Shown here: in pieces, positions 19,453-29,213 of the stretch
How positions within the stretch are numbered: the stretch's first letter is position 1
Layout of the letters: every line of letters begins with the position of its first letter
Origin: an uncultured Pelagibacteraceae bacterium
GTDB lineage: Bacteria > Pseudomonadota > Alphaproteobacteria > Pelagibacterales > Pelagibacteraceae
Length of the DNA: 64,000 nt
Assembly (NCBI GenBank): GCA_902517455.1
Contig: CABYCN010000003.1
Coordinates: 5 to 64,004 of the forward strand
Reading direction: 5' to 3'
The notes under the pieces: generated by a model
The model's database searches: none
What the model was told of the DNA's origin: nothing
What the model saw: the letters and a program-made list of their open reading frames with translations, nothing else
Translations under genes and position numbers: made by a program

Positions 19453-19509
19453 TAATATAAGATATAGTTTCTAACAAATTAAACAAATGATAAATTGACC
19501 TAAAGTTTA

Positions 19510-20697
19510 TTAAGAACGTAGTTTTTTCTTGTGAAAATTAATAAATTTTTCAACATTAGATTTATTAAACGTTTTATTTTCTTCAAAAGAAACTTTTTTT
19601 AATGAGTATGCAGAACTTTTAGTTTGTCTAGATAAAATTGTAATATTTCCTTTGTAGAGTTTAAGTTTAACAGTTCCATTAACTTTATTTTTCTTCAAAT
19701 CGATAATTTTTTGAAGTTTAAATCTTTCTTTTGAATACCAATAACCATTATAAATAAGTTCAGCATATTTTGACATAACATTTTCTTTCTTATGCATTGT
19801 TTCCCTATCTAAAGTAACAGACTCAATTGCTCGATGAGCGTGAATTAACAACGTGCCTCCAGGAGTTTCATACACTCCTCTTGATTTAATTCCTAAAAAT
19901 CTATTTTCCACTAGGTCAACCCTGCCTATTCCATTTTTTCCTGCTAATTGATTAAGTTTTTCTAATAACTCTGCAGGAGATAATTTTTTACCATTAACGC
20001 CAACTGGATCTCCGTTTTTAAAATTAATTGATAGTGATGTTGGTTTATTTGGTGCTTTCTCTGGTGAAACAGTTCTTTGAAAAATTAATTCTGGTGCAGA
20101 ATTTTTAGGGTCTTCTAAAACCTTACCTTCAGTTGAAGTATGAAACAAATTATCATCAACAGAAAAAGGTGGGGCACCTTTTTTATCTTTTGGAATAGGA
20201 ATCTTATTTTTTTTTGCATAATTAATTAAATCCGTCCGTGATTTTAATTCCCATAATCTCCACGGTGCAATTATTTTTATTTTTGGTCCAAAATAATGGT
20301 ATCCAAGTTCAAATCTAACTTGATCATTTCCTTTTCCTGTTGATCCATGCGACACAGCATATGCCTTGTATTTTTTGGCTATTCTTATTTGATCTTTCGC
20401 AATTAGTGGTCTTGCTATCGAAGTTCCCAATAAATAAATACCTTCATAAACTGCGTGCCCTCTAAGCATTGGGAATACGTAATCTTTTATAAATATATTT
20501 TTAAGATCTTTTATGATTATCGTCTCAACCCCTAATCTTTTAGCATTTGAAATAATTTTTTTCTTATCTATTACTTGACCAATATCTGCAGTATAACAAA
20601 TTACTTCTGCTTTATAATTCTCTTGAAGCCATTTAAGAATAATCGATGTATCTAATCCACCCGAGTAAGCTAAAACAATTCTTTTTTTTGATTTCAT
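19510..20697 (-). CDS. argG: Argininosuccinate synthase
   Basis: LAYSGGLDTS, GTSIARP, HGSTGKGNDQVRF, KSRGVYETPG. Confidence 0.97.
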   Translation of the reverse strand: MKSKKRIVLAYSGGLDTSIILKWLQENYKAEVICYTADIGQVIDKKKIISNAKRLGVETIIIKDLKNIFIKDYVFPMLRGHAVYEGIYLLGTSIARPLIAKDQIRIAKKYKAYAVSHGSTGKGNDQVRFELGYHYFGPKIKIIAPWRLWELKSRTDLINYAKKNKIPIPKDKKGAPPFSVDDNLFHTSTEGKVLEDPKNSAPELIFQRTVSPEKAPNKPTSLSINFKNGDPVGVNGKKLSPAELLEKLNQLAGKNGIGRVDLVENRFLGIKSRGVYETPGGTLLIHAHRAIESVTLDRETMHKKENVMSKYAELIYNGYWYSKERFKLQKIIDLKKNKVNGTVKLKLYKGNITILSRQTKSSAYSLKKVSFEENKTFNKSNVEKFINFHKKKLRS

Positions 20698-20700
20698 CAA

Positions 20701-21213
20701 CTAACTACAAGCTTTTTTTGCAGCATTGTATGCTTTTGTAAATCCCAATAGTGAATAATGATCAATGGTCTGAGATCCTTTTTCATTATAGCCTGTAAGC
20801 ATAATTCTTGATCCTTTTTTCATTACTTTAACCATTATTTTTTCTTTCTTACCACTAGTCATCCAAGCAAAGCCTTGTTGCTTGATATCAAATTTAAATT
20901 TGTTATTTCCAGAGGTTGCTAAAACTGTATTATTTTTATTAAATTCGTAACCCGCAGTTGTACTTATTTCGTTAGAAATTTTTTCACTTGGTCTAAAAGT
21001 TATAAACAACCTAGCATCTCTTTTATTTTTTTTTGGAGCCTGTAAGACAGGCGATGATTGAGCAAAACATACTTTGCCAGACGCTTCAGTCATTACCATT
21101 ACTTCCCAATCTTTAAATTTTCCAACTTTTTTTAAATCTTCTGTAGAGGCCTTAGAAATAAAAATAATTGAAATAAATATTGATAAAAATGAAATTTTTT
21201 TAATTATGGACAT
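20701..21213 (-). CDS. IalB-like periplasmic protein
   Basis: Signal peptide, GKFKDW, VCF, DHYSLLGFTKAY...C. Confidence 0.75.
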   Translation of the reverse strand: MSIIKKISFLSIFISIIFISKASTEDLKKVGKFKDWEVMVMTEASGKVCFAQSSPVLQAPKKNKRDARLFITFRPSEKISNEISTTAGYEFNKNNTVLATSGNNKFKFDIKQQGFAWMTSGKKEKIMVKVMKKGSRIMLTGYNEKGSQTIDHYSLLGFTKAYNAAKKACS

Positions 21214-22241
21214 GGGTTTGGATAAATTTTTTGTACTTCATTAATTTCATTTATAATTTCGTCGGTCAAATTTATATTTACACTTTCTATATCAGTTTTC
21301 AACTGCTCCATCGTAGTCGCACCAATGATGACTGAAGTTACAAAAGGTTGAATTTCTAAAAACTTTAAAGACATTTGTGCTAAATTTAATTTGTATTTTT
21401 TAGCTATTTCATAATAAGCATCTATTGCCTTTGCAGAATTGGGTTTATTATATCTAGTCCAAAAATCCTTGTGAAGCTCAATTCTTGATCCTTTCGGTAA
21501 TTTGTCATTTCTATATTTGCCTGATAGATAACCGCAAGCAAGAGGTGAATAAGCTAAAAGTCCAGATTTTTCTCTGACTGACATTTCAGCTAGACCAATC
21601 TCATAAGTTCTATTTAGAAGATTATACGGGTTTTGTACTGAATGCATCCTTGGAAGATTTTTATTTTTTGATATTTCTAAAAATTTTGAGAGTCCCCACG
21701 GAGTTTCGTTAGATAAGCCTACATATCTAATTTTTCCTTGATCAATAAATTTTTTTAGATTTTCTAGAATATCCTCAAATTTAGTCCAATCGCTATCATC
21801 ATCATGCTCATAGCCCAATTTTCCAAAAAAATTTGTATTTCTTTCGGGCCAGTGAAGTTGATATAAATCGATGTAATCTGTTTTTAATCTTTTTAAACTT
21901 CCCTCCAAAGCTTGAGTAATGTTTCTTTGTCCAAATTGGTTTCCCCCACCTCTTACGTACTCTCTCATTGGTCCACAAACTTTTGAAGCAAGAATTACTT
22001 TTTCTCTTCTGTGAGTTTTTCTAAACCAATTACCAATGATTTTCTCTGTACTTCCAAATGTTTCTTCTTTTGGAGGAATAGAATAAATTTCTGCAGTATC
22101 CCAGAAGTTTACACCTTGATCTAGTGCATAATCCATTTGCTCAAAACCCTCCTCTTGAGTATTTTGCTCCCCCCAAGTCATTGTCCCGAGACAAATTGTA
22201 CTTACATTCAGATCAGTATTTCCAAGTTTTTTGTAGTTCAT
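21204..22241 (-). CDS. Aldo/keto reductase (Tas-like)
   Basis: ICLGTMTWGEQN, DTAEIY, DLYQLHWP, GLSNETPWG, AYSPL. Confidence 0.93.
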   Translation of the reverse strand: MNYKKLGNTDLNVSTICLGTMTWGEQNTQEEGFEQMDYALDQGVNFWDTAEIYSIPPKEETFGSTEKIIGNWFRKTHRREKVILASKVCGPMREYVRGGGNQFGQRNITQALEGSLKRLKTDYIDLYQLHWPERNTNFFGKLGYEHDDDSDWTKFEDILENLKKFIDQGKIRYVGLSNETPWGLSKFLEISKNKNLPRMHSVQNPYNLLNRTYEIGLAEMSVREKSGLLAYSPLACGYLSGKYRNDKLPKGSRIELHKDFWTRYNKPNSAKAIDAYYEIAKKYKLNLAQMSLKFLEIQPFVTSVIIGATTMEQLKTDIESVNINLTDEIINEINEVQKIYPNPCP

Positions 22242-22285
22242 AATGGCTTTATAGTAATAATTTTTTTATAAATCTTTTAAGGCAT

Positions 22286-22311
22286 CTTGAATAATTAGTA
22301 AAAGACTATAT
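22286..22311 (+). promoter_or_regulatory. Possible RpoH/RpoD-type promoter upstream of the Bax-inhibitor gene
   Basis: CTTGAA(22286-22291)...CTATAT(22306-22311). Confidence 0.4.
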
Positions 22312-22323
22312 ATCTTGCTTAAT

Positions 22324-23085
22324 ATGGAATTTAATAAAAAAGGCATTTTAGGTAGAGCAAGAGAAGCACAACAATCATCTGTGGTAATGGATGAGGGTCT
22401 TAGAGCCTACATGCTTAAAGTATACAATTACATGGCAACTGGAATTCTTTTAACAGGGATTATCGCTTTGCTATCTTTTAAAATGTCTGTAGTTACAGAT
22501 GCTTCCGGATCAATCACAGGTTTTACGAGCTTGGGTAATGCTTTGTTTTTCTCAGGACTAAAATGGGTTGTGATGTTAGCCCCACTTGGAATAGTTTTTT
22601 ATATGAGTTTTGGAATAAATAAAATGAGTGCCACAAAAGCTCAAAGCGTTTTTTGGGTATTTGCAGCATTAATGGGTCTATCCTTATCTTGGATATTGCT
22701 TGTGTATACAGGTGCAAGTGTTGCTAGGGTATTTTTTATAACTTCTGCAACTTTTGGAACCATGAGCTTATATGGTTACACTACTAAAAGAGATTTAACC
22801 AAACTTGGGTCTTTTTTGATGATGGGTTTGATAGGTATTATTATTGCATCATTAGTGAACATTTTTATGAAATCTACAATGATGTATTTCGTAATTTCGA
22901 TTTTAGGGGTATTAATTTTCGTTGGTCTTACTGCATATGATACTCAGAAAATTAAAAATATGTACGCTGCAAGTGATACAGGTGAGTTGATGGGCAAAAA
23001 AGCAGTGATGGGTGCTTTGACTTTATACTTAGATTTCATCAATTTATTTATAATGCTTTTAAGACTTTTTGGTCAAAGAAGATAA
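22324..23085 (+). CDS. Bax inhibitor-1/YccA family membrane protein
   Basis: DEGLRAYMLKVYNYM, YGYTTKRDL, LTAYDTQ, GALTLYLDFINLF. Confidence 0.93.
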   Translation: MEFNKKGILGRAREAQQSSVVMDEGLRAYMLKVYNYMATGILLTGIIALLSFKMSVVTDASGSITGFTSLGNALFFSGLKWVVMLAPLGIVFYMSFGINKMSATKAQSVFWVFAALMGLSLSWILLVYTGASVARVFFITSATFGTMSLYGYTTKRDLTKLGSFLMMGLIGIIIASLVNIFMKSTMMYFVISILGVLIFVGLTAYDTQKIKNMYAASDTGELMGKKAVMGALTLYLDFINLFIMLLRLFGQRR

Positions 23086-23092
23086 GTTTCAA

Positions 23093-23434
23093 TTATAATT
23101 TTTTCCAATCAATATTTTTTAATAGACTCTTAAGATCAAATGAATTTTTTAATATTTTACCGTTGGTGTCAGTAATTAGATATTTTAAATTTTTATTTTT
23201 TGGCTTAAAATTTTTACAAATCTTATAAAGTGCATTCTCAGTAGCATTTTTAAAAACACTAAAACCCACTTGTTTACCTGATATATTTAGCCCGTAATCT
23301 TTCCATGATCCTTCAGAAACCATTCTTGCATATAAATCTAAAATAATCTTTAGTTCATCTTTTTCAAAAAAATTTTTTTTATCAGATTTATTTTCTTTAA
23401 TATTATTTACTACAAGTTTAAGGTTATTATTCAT
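23093..23434 (-). CDS. DUF2794 family protein
   Basis: FEKDELKIILDLYARMVSEGSWKDY. Confidence 0.8.
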   Translation of the reverse strand: MNNNLKLVVNNIKENKSDKKNFFEKDELKIILDLYARMVSEGSWKDYGLNISGKQVGFSVFKNATENALYKICKNFKPKNKNLKYLITDTNGKILKNSFDLKSLLKNIDWKKL

Positions 23435-23979
23435 TACTCTTTATATCTGTTAATTAATCCTATTTGGAAACCCGTAAAAACAAATGTAATTGGAAGTAAA
23501 CCCCACACTTTAAAATTTACCCAAAATTCCTCAGATTGTGTTCTCCACACTAATTCATTCAAGATTGCGAGCCCAAAGAAAAAATATATCCACCTTTTGT
23601 TCAAAACTTCCCATCCTTCCTGAGTTAATGAAATTGATTTTCCCATTAATTTCTTAAGAATAGGTTCATTTGTAAAGAATTTTCCAAATATTAAAGCCAA
23701 TCCAAATAAAATATTTATTATGGTAGGTTTAATATAAATAAAAACCGGATTATTAAAATAAATCGTCAAGCCACCAAAAAAAGTAATAAGCACTCCACTT
23801 AATAATGGAACTTTGGGAATTTTTTTTTCAAAGAACCATACTAATGCCAAGGCTACAATTGTCGCAACTATAAAAGGTGGAATTGCTATTTTTAAATCTT
23901 TTCCACTATCGTAATAGTAGTAAAAAAAAATCACCAACGGTCCAAAATCAGTTAGAAACTTTAAAAAAGATTTTTTCAC
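23434..23979 (-). CDS. yciB: Inner membrane septation protein YciB/IspZ
   Basis: DFGPL, FGGLT, IKPTI, LNELVWR, WVNFKVWG. Confidence 0.92.
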   Translation of the reverse strand: MKKSFLKFLTDFGPLVIFFYYYYDSGKDLKIAIPPFIVATIVALALVWFFEKKIPKVPLLSGVLITFFGGLTIYFNNPVFIYIKPTIINILFGLALIFGKFFTNEPILKKLMGKSISLTQEGWEVLNKRWIYFFFGLAILNELVWRTQSEEFWVNFKVWGLLPITFVFTGFQIGLINRYKE

Positions 23980-24032
23980 TTTAAAGATATTAACATAAAT
24001 AATATTATCTCAAAAACTTTAAATTTTTCTTA

Positions 24033-24060
24033 TTGATTTTTATTTTTAAATACCCATACT
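24033..24060 (+). promoter_or_regulatory. RpoH (sigma32)-like promoter of hspQ
   Basis: TTG(24033-24035)-N17-CCCATACT(24053-24060); ATG at 24068. Confidence 0.6.
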
Positions 24061-24067
24061 ATTCATA

Positions 24068-24388
24068 ATGTCTATTCAAAAAGCTAAATTCTCAATAGGT
24101 GACATTGTAAAACACAAGCACTTCGAATTTCGAGGTGTAATTTATGATGTGGACTTTGAATTCAATAATTCAGAGGAGTGGTATCAGTCTATACCAAAGA
24201 ATGTAAGACCAAGAAAAGATCAGCCTTTTTATCATCTATTAGCTGAAAATGATGAAATTACTTATGAGGCATATGTATCAGAACAGAATTTGTTAGTAGA
24301 TGACTCAGATGAGCCTATAAAACATCCTTTAATTGAGGAAATATTTTCAGGTAAAAAGGGTTCTAGCTATTTCAAGCTTTCGAACTAA
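24068..24388 (+). CDS. hspQ: Heat shock protein HspQ
   Basis: AKFSIGDIVKH, FRGVIYDVD, QPFYHLLAEN, AYVSEQNL. Confidence 0.93.
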   Translation: MSIQKAKFSIGDIVKHKHFEFRGVIYDVDFEFNNSEEWYQSIPKNVRPRKDQPFYHLLAENDEITYEAYVSEQNLLVDDSDEPIKHPLIEEIFSGKKGSSYFKLSN

Positions 24389-24454
24389 AATAATCATTTT
24401 TTAAACACATTTAGCTCAAATCTTTGACACAGCATTTAATTAAGATAGATAAAT

Positions 24455-24515
24455 TCTGATCAGGAGTGTTAAATTTAACCCTTCGTTATTATCTCCCTCG
24501 ACATTCTTGATCAGA
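24455..24515 (+). ncRNA. Candidate structured RNA (16-bp stem, 29-nt CU-rich loop)
   Basis: 24455-24470 pairs with 24500-24515 with 3 G-U pairs and no mismatches on the + strand; TTGACA at 24424-24429. Confidence 0.5.
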
Positions 24516-24566
24516 CAATAAATCCATAACAAAAATCAATAAATTGATTTAAGATATAGTATTATA

Positions 24567-25274
24567 ATGTTTAAATTTTTAGAGCCTAATAGAATTTTTT
24601 CAATAACATCTAAGGCCCCTAGGTACGTTTTTATATTATTTATAATTGTTTTTTTTATTGGATTATTCGAGGCATTAATATTATCTCCAGAAGATTATAA
24701 ACAAAGTCACTCGGTGAGAATCATGTATGTTCATGTACCAGCAGCATGGATATCTATTGGAATTTTTTCAACTATTACTTTTTTATCTTTAATTGGATAC
24801 ATCTTTAAAATAAAAAATTTTTTTTTAATTTCAAAAAGTTTAGCACCCTCAGGTTTAGTTTTTAATGTTATTGCTCTTGTAACAGGTTCAATTTGGGGAA
24901 AACCCACATGGGGAACGTGGTGGGCTTGGGATGCAAGAATTACTTCAATGTTAATTTTAGCACTATTCTATTTAATGTATTTAATTTCTTGGAGAATTTA
25001 TGACAATAACGATAAAGTTTACAAAATTTCATCAATCATTGCTATTTTTGGAATAATCAATGTTCCTATAATAAAGTATTCTGTGGATTGGTGGAATACT
25101 TTGCATCAACCTGCTTCAATTAATATCTTTTCTAAATCTTCAATCCACGAGTCAATGTTGTTACCTCTTTTGATTATGACTGCGGCATTTGCTCTATTTT
25201 CTCTATTAATTTTTTTAATGAAATATAATACAGAACTGATAAAGATTAAAAATAAAGGTTTAGATAGACTATGA
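24567..25274 (+). CDS. ccmC: Heme exporter protein C
   Basis: IMYVHVP, TGSIWGKPTWGTWWAWDARITS, WWNTLHQ. Confidence 0.96.
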   Translation: MFKFLEPNRIFSITSKAPRYVFILFIIVFFIGLFEALILSPEDYKQSHSVRIMYVHVPAAWISIGIFSTITFLSLIGYIFKIKNFFLISKSLAPSGLVFNVIALVTGSIWGKPTWGTWWAWDARITSMLILALFYLMYLISWRIYDNNDKVYKISSIIAIFGIINVPIIKYSVDWWNTLHQPASINIFSKSSIHESMLLPLLIMTAAFALFSLLIFLMKYNTELIKIKNKGLDRL

Positions 25275-25498
25275 TTTACGAAACACTATTTATGAATGGA
25301 TACGGAATTTATGTTTGGTCAGCTTTTTTATTTACCGTCGTAAGTTTCATATCTCTTTATATTACCACAAAGTCTCAATACGTGAGAGAAAAGAAAAAAT
25401 TTGTCGCTAAATTTGGAACTTTAAACTCTGAAAGAGCAGATTTTGCAAAATCTCAAAGTATTAACAAAGAAATTTTATCTAACACTTCAAATATTTAA
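25271..25498 (+). CDS. ccmD: Heme exporter protein D
   Basis: MNGYGIYVWSAF motif; lies between ccmC and ccmE. Confidence 0.82.
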   Translation: MIYETLFMNGYGIYVWSAFLFTVVSFISLYITTKSQYVREKKKFVAKFGTLNSERADFAKSQSINKEILSNTSNI

Positions 25499-25508
25499 CT
25501 TTTAAACC

Positions 25509-25928
25509 ATGTATGGTCGCAAAGTTAAATTAAGATTTCTTTTTGTATTATTAATTTTAATTTCCTTAACATTAGCTGTAATCTTAGTTTTAAAATCTCT
25601 TGAAGAAAATGTAGTTTATTTTCAGTCACCCACTGAAATTAAAGCTTTAGTAGAAACAGAAAAAAAAAAAATTAGAGTAGGTGGAATGGTTAAAAAAAAT
25701 TCAATATTTATTGAATCTAAAGATTTACAATTTGTTATTACAGATTTTAAGAATGAAATAAATGTAATTTACTCAGGCGCAGTTCCAAACCTTTTTTCAG
25801 AGGAAAAAGGAGTTGTTGCTGAAGGCTATCTAAAAGATAAAAATTTTTTTTTAGCAACTAAAATATTAGCTAAGCATGATGAGAATTATATGCCACCTGA
25901 GGTAAAAGCTGCATTGAAGGAGAAATAA
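25509..25928 (+). CDS. ccmE: Heme chaperone
   Basis: [26 protein letters not shown]. Confidence 0.96.
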   Translation: MYGRKVKLRFLFVLLILISLTLAVILVLKSLEENVVYFQSPTEIKALVETEKKKIRVGGMVKKNSIFIESKDLQFVITDFKNEINVIYSGAVPNLFSEEKGVVAEGYLKDKNFFLATKILAKHDENYMPPEVKAALKEK

Positions 25929-25931
25929 ATT

Positions 25932-27809
25932 TTGGCAAGCTTAATTGGATCGTTCGCTTTAGTTTTTGGACTTTGTCTATCAATATTTATTATTTTTTTT
26001 TCAATCAAGAACTTTAAAGATAATAATATTCTTGATAAAAAAGTTGTTTCTTTAACTTTTTTACAATTTTTTTTCGTTTTAATTAGTTTCTTTGGATTAA
26101 TAATATCTTTTGTAAACTCAGATTTTAGTAATGAAACTGTTTTTAACCATTCCCATACTACTATACCTATTTTTTATAAAATTTCAGGAGCGTGGGGTAA
26201 CCATGAGGGAAGCTTATTACTTTGGTTGCTAGTTTTAACTTTATTTTTATTTTTATTTATATCAACATCTAAGAAACAAGCTAAGCAGTACAGGATTTTG
26301 ACGTTATTGTTTCAGCAAATAATCATTATTGGTTTTTTTATTTTTTTAATAAAAACGTCCAATCCATTTAATTATATTTTCCCAGTACCAAATGAGGGTT
26401 TAGGTCTTAATCCAATCTTGCAGGATCCGGCTTTGGCTATTCACCCTCCAATTTTATACTTAGGTTATGTTGGGTCATCGATTATTTTTTCATCTGCATT
26501 ATCTGCTGCATCATTAAGTTATATTTCAAAAGGGTGGGCAAAACATATTAAACAATGGGTCCTAATATCTTGGATTTTTTTAACTTTAGGAATTTTGTTA
26601 GGTTCTATATGGGCTTACTATGAATTAGGTTGGGGAGGATTTTGGTTTTGGGATCCAGTTGAAAATGTTTCTTTGATGCCATGGCTAGCATTAACAACAC
26701 TTTTGCATTGTATATTAGTTTTAGAGAAGAGATTAGCTTTGACCTCCTGGGTGGTCATTTTATCAATAGCAACATTCGCATTAAGTATGTGTGGAACATT
26801 TTTAGTTAGATCTGGAATTTTAAACTCTATTCACACCTTTGCTAATGACCCAGAGAGGGGTCTGTTTATATTAATTTTTTTGTTTATCTTAATTTTTTTA
26901 TCTATAGCAGTTTTTTTCTTTTTTCATAAAAATGAAAATCAAAATATTAAAAATTTATTTTGGCTAAGTAAAGAGACATCGATTTTAGTTAATAATTGGT
27001 TTATGATGTATTTTCTTTCAGTGGTTTTGATTGGAACCATTTACCCAATATTTTTAGAAGTTTTTTCCTCTGAAAAGATATCTGTCGGACCCCCTTTTTA
27101 CCACAGTTTGATCATCCCTTTTTTGATTCCTTTTTTAATAGCAATGGCTTTTGCTCCTAGATTAAAGTGGATAAAATCCAAAATTGAAGACAAAATTCAA
27201 ATGATTATATTTTTTGTTATTTCGTTTTTTATATCTTTATTAATAGTAAAAAATTTTGACATAGATTTTCTTCTCAATACTATTCTAATAACATCAGCGT
27301 TTTATTTATTTTTTATAACTCTAAAAGATTTTTTTAGTAAAAGGATTGGAAACTTGGCCCAAAATTTAGCTCATTTTGGTTTTAGTTTGTTAATATTAAG
27401 TATTTTATTTAACAATATTTTTTCTAAGGAAGTCATTACTAATTTAAAAATCGGTGAAACTTTTATATCAGAAGATTTTAAAATAAATTTTGAAAACGTA
27501 GATAAGAAAAATGAAAAAAATTTTAAAGCAATAATTGGAAAGTTTAATATAGAAAATATCGACGGTAATATTGAAGTTTTAAACCCCGAACTTAGAATAT
27601 ATAATCAACCAAATATTATAACTAGTGAGGCAGATATTAAAACTAATTTATTAACTGATAAATTTATAACTATGAACGTAGTGCAAAATCAAGATTACTT
27701 TAATGTTAGATATCAAGTTAAACCATTTATGATTTGGATCTGGATATCAGTAATATTAATTTCTTTTGGAGGTTTAATAAGTATTTTAAAAAAAAAATAT
27801 GAAAACTAA
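25932..27809 (+). CDS. ccmF: Cytochrome c heme lyase
   Basis: WGNHEGSLLLW, HPPILYLGY, WAYYELGWGGFWFWDPVEN. Confidence 0.96.
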   Translation: MASLIGSFALVFGLCLSIFIIFFSIKNFKDNNILDKKVVSLTFLQFFFVLISFFGLIISFVNSDFSNETVFNHSHTTIPIFYKISGAWGNHEGSLLLWLLVLTLFLFLFISTSKKQAKQYRILTLLFQQIIIIGFFIFLIKTSNPFNYIFPVPNEGLGLNPILQDPALAIHPPILYLGYVGSSIIFSSALSAASLSYISKGWAKHIKQWVLISWIFLTLGILLGSIWAYYELGWGGFWFWDPVENVSLMPWLALTTLLHCILVLEKRLALTSWVVILSIATFALSMCGTFLVRSGILNSIHTFANDPERGLFILIFLFILIFLSIAVFFFFHKNENQNIKNLFWLSKETSILVNNWFMMYFLSVVLIGTIYPIFLEVFSSEKISVGPPFYHSLIIPFLIPFLIAMAFAPRLKWIKSKIEDKIQMIIFFVISFFISLLIVKNFDIDFLLNTILITSAFYLFFITLKDFFSKRIGNLAQNLAHFGFSLLILSILFNNIFSKEVITNLKIGETFISEDFKINFENVDKKNEKNFKAIIGKFNIENIDGNIEVLNPELRIYNQPNIITSEADIKTNLLTDKFITMNVVQNQDYFNVRYQVKPFMIWIWISVILISFGGLISILKKKYEN

Positions 27810-28317
27810 AATTTCCTTCTTATTACTTTTTACTTTTTTTTTGATTGTTTTTTTAACTTTTTACCTAGGGTTGCAAAAATCAAATATTTATAAACCAAGT
27901 CTTAAAATTGAAAAAGATATACCAATATATAAAGTACGAACATTAGAGTCCTCTAATAGGATTAATTCTGAAGAAGTTTTTAAGGATAATAGATTTTATC
28001 TATTAAATATATGGGCTTCTTGGTGTTTACCATGTAGAGACGAACATGAATTTTTAATAGATTTGAGCAAACAAAAAAATTTTGAAATAATTGGATTAAA
28101 TTATAAGGATAATATCAATAATGCAAAAAAATTTTTAAAAGAATTAGATAGTCCGTATAAATTAGTTTTTTTAGACAAAGATGGCACTGTAGCGATTGAA
28201 TGGGGGGCATACGGTGTACCAGAAAATTTTTTAATTTATAATAAAAAAATTATAAAAAAAATTATTGGACCAATTGATCAAGTATCATTTTTAGAAATAA
28301 AAAAAATAATTCAATGA
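27799..28317 (+). CDS. ccmG: Thiol:disulfide interchange protein CcmG/DsbE
   Basis: NIWASWCLPCRDEH, GAYGVPE. Confidence 0.92.
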   Translation: MKTKISFLLLFTFFLIVFLTFYLGLQKSNIYKPSLKIEKDIPIYKVRTLESSNRINSEEVFKDNRFYLLNIWASWCLPCRDEHEFLIDLSKQKNFEIIGLNYKDNINNAKKFLKELDSPYKLVFLDKDGTVAIEWGAYGVPENFLIYNKKIIKKIIGPIDQVSFLEIKKIIQ

Positions 28318-28679
28318 AAGTATTAAAATATATAATTATTGTTTTGATGATTTTAAATCCCAATCTATCAATTGCGCAAAGCGAAAACTTGCAAAATAAA
28401 ATTACAAAAAATTTACGTTGTTTAATCTGTCAAGGTCAGTCCGTTTACGACTCTGATTCTCAATTTGCTAATAGTTTGAAGGTATTAGTTGAACAAAAAC
28501 TAAGTGATGGTTTGAGTGAAAAACAAATCTATAATTATTTAAAGGACAGGTATGGAGAATGGATTTTATATGATACTGAATTTAATAAAAATACCTATTT
28601 TCTTTGGTTATTACCTATATTGATGTTTATAATTGGTGGTGCAATAATATTTAAATTATTTATATTAAAAAAAAACTAA
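28314..28679 (+). CDS. ccmH: Cytochrome c biogenesis protein CcmH
   Basis: LRCLICQGQSV, RYGEWIL, LWLLP. Confidence 0.92.
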   Translation: MKVLKYIIIVLMILNPNLSIAQSENLQNKITKNLRCLICQGQSVYDSDSQFANSLKVLVEQKLSDGLSEKQIYNYLKDRYGEWILYDTEFNKNTYFLWLLPILMFIIGGAIIFKLFILKKN

Positions 28680-28692
28680 GTATATTTAATCC

Positions 28693-29205
28693 ATGAAATT
28701 TAAAGAAATAAATTTATTAGTGCTAACTTTTTTATTTAGCTTACCTTTATTAGCTGAAGAACTTAAATTAGAAAAAAAAAATACAGAATTTAATGTCTAT
28801 ACAGGAATGTTTGATTTCAGCGATGACGGAAAAAGAGCGACATTAGTAGGCGTGCAACACCAAGATGAAAACTTAAACAGGGACACATTTTTAGGGAACC
28901 TTTCTCCGGTAACAGGAGCAATGATAACAGCAGATAATGCCTCTTATTTTTATACTGGCGTTCAGGCTCAATATAAAATTGGTTCTTTAAATTTTACACC
29001 AAGTTTCGCTCCGGGCTATTATAACGAGGGAAATGGAAAAGACCTTGGTCATGTACTTGAATTTAAAAGTGAAGTTCAACTTTCTTTAAATTTAGCTGAA
29101 GAGAGTCAACTTGGTTTTTCTTATAATCACTTGTCTAATGCAAGTTTAGGAGACAAAAATCCTGGGGCAAATAGTTATATGTTTAATTTTTTCAAAAAGT
29201 TTTAA
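28693..29205 (+). CDS. PagL-like acyloxyacyl hydrolase (outer-membrane barrel)
   Basis: Signal peptide, LEFKS, HLSNASLGDKNPG, terminal Phe. Confidence 0.82.
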   Translation: MKFKEINLLVLTFLFSLPLLAEELKLEKKNTEFNVYTGMFDFSDDGKRATLVGVQHQDENLNRDTFLGNLSPVTGAMITADNASYFYTGVQAQYKIGSLNFTPSFAPGYYNEGNGKDLGHVLEFKSEVQLSLNLAEESQLGFSYNHLSNASLGDKNPGANSYMFNFFKKF

Positions 29206-29213
29206 AAATATTT

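Noticed and set aside
24468-24479. GTTAAATTTAAC as a CtrA box
   Set aside because: The spacing does not match TTAA-N7-TTAA, and it overlaps the predicted RNA stem-loop.
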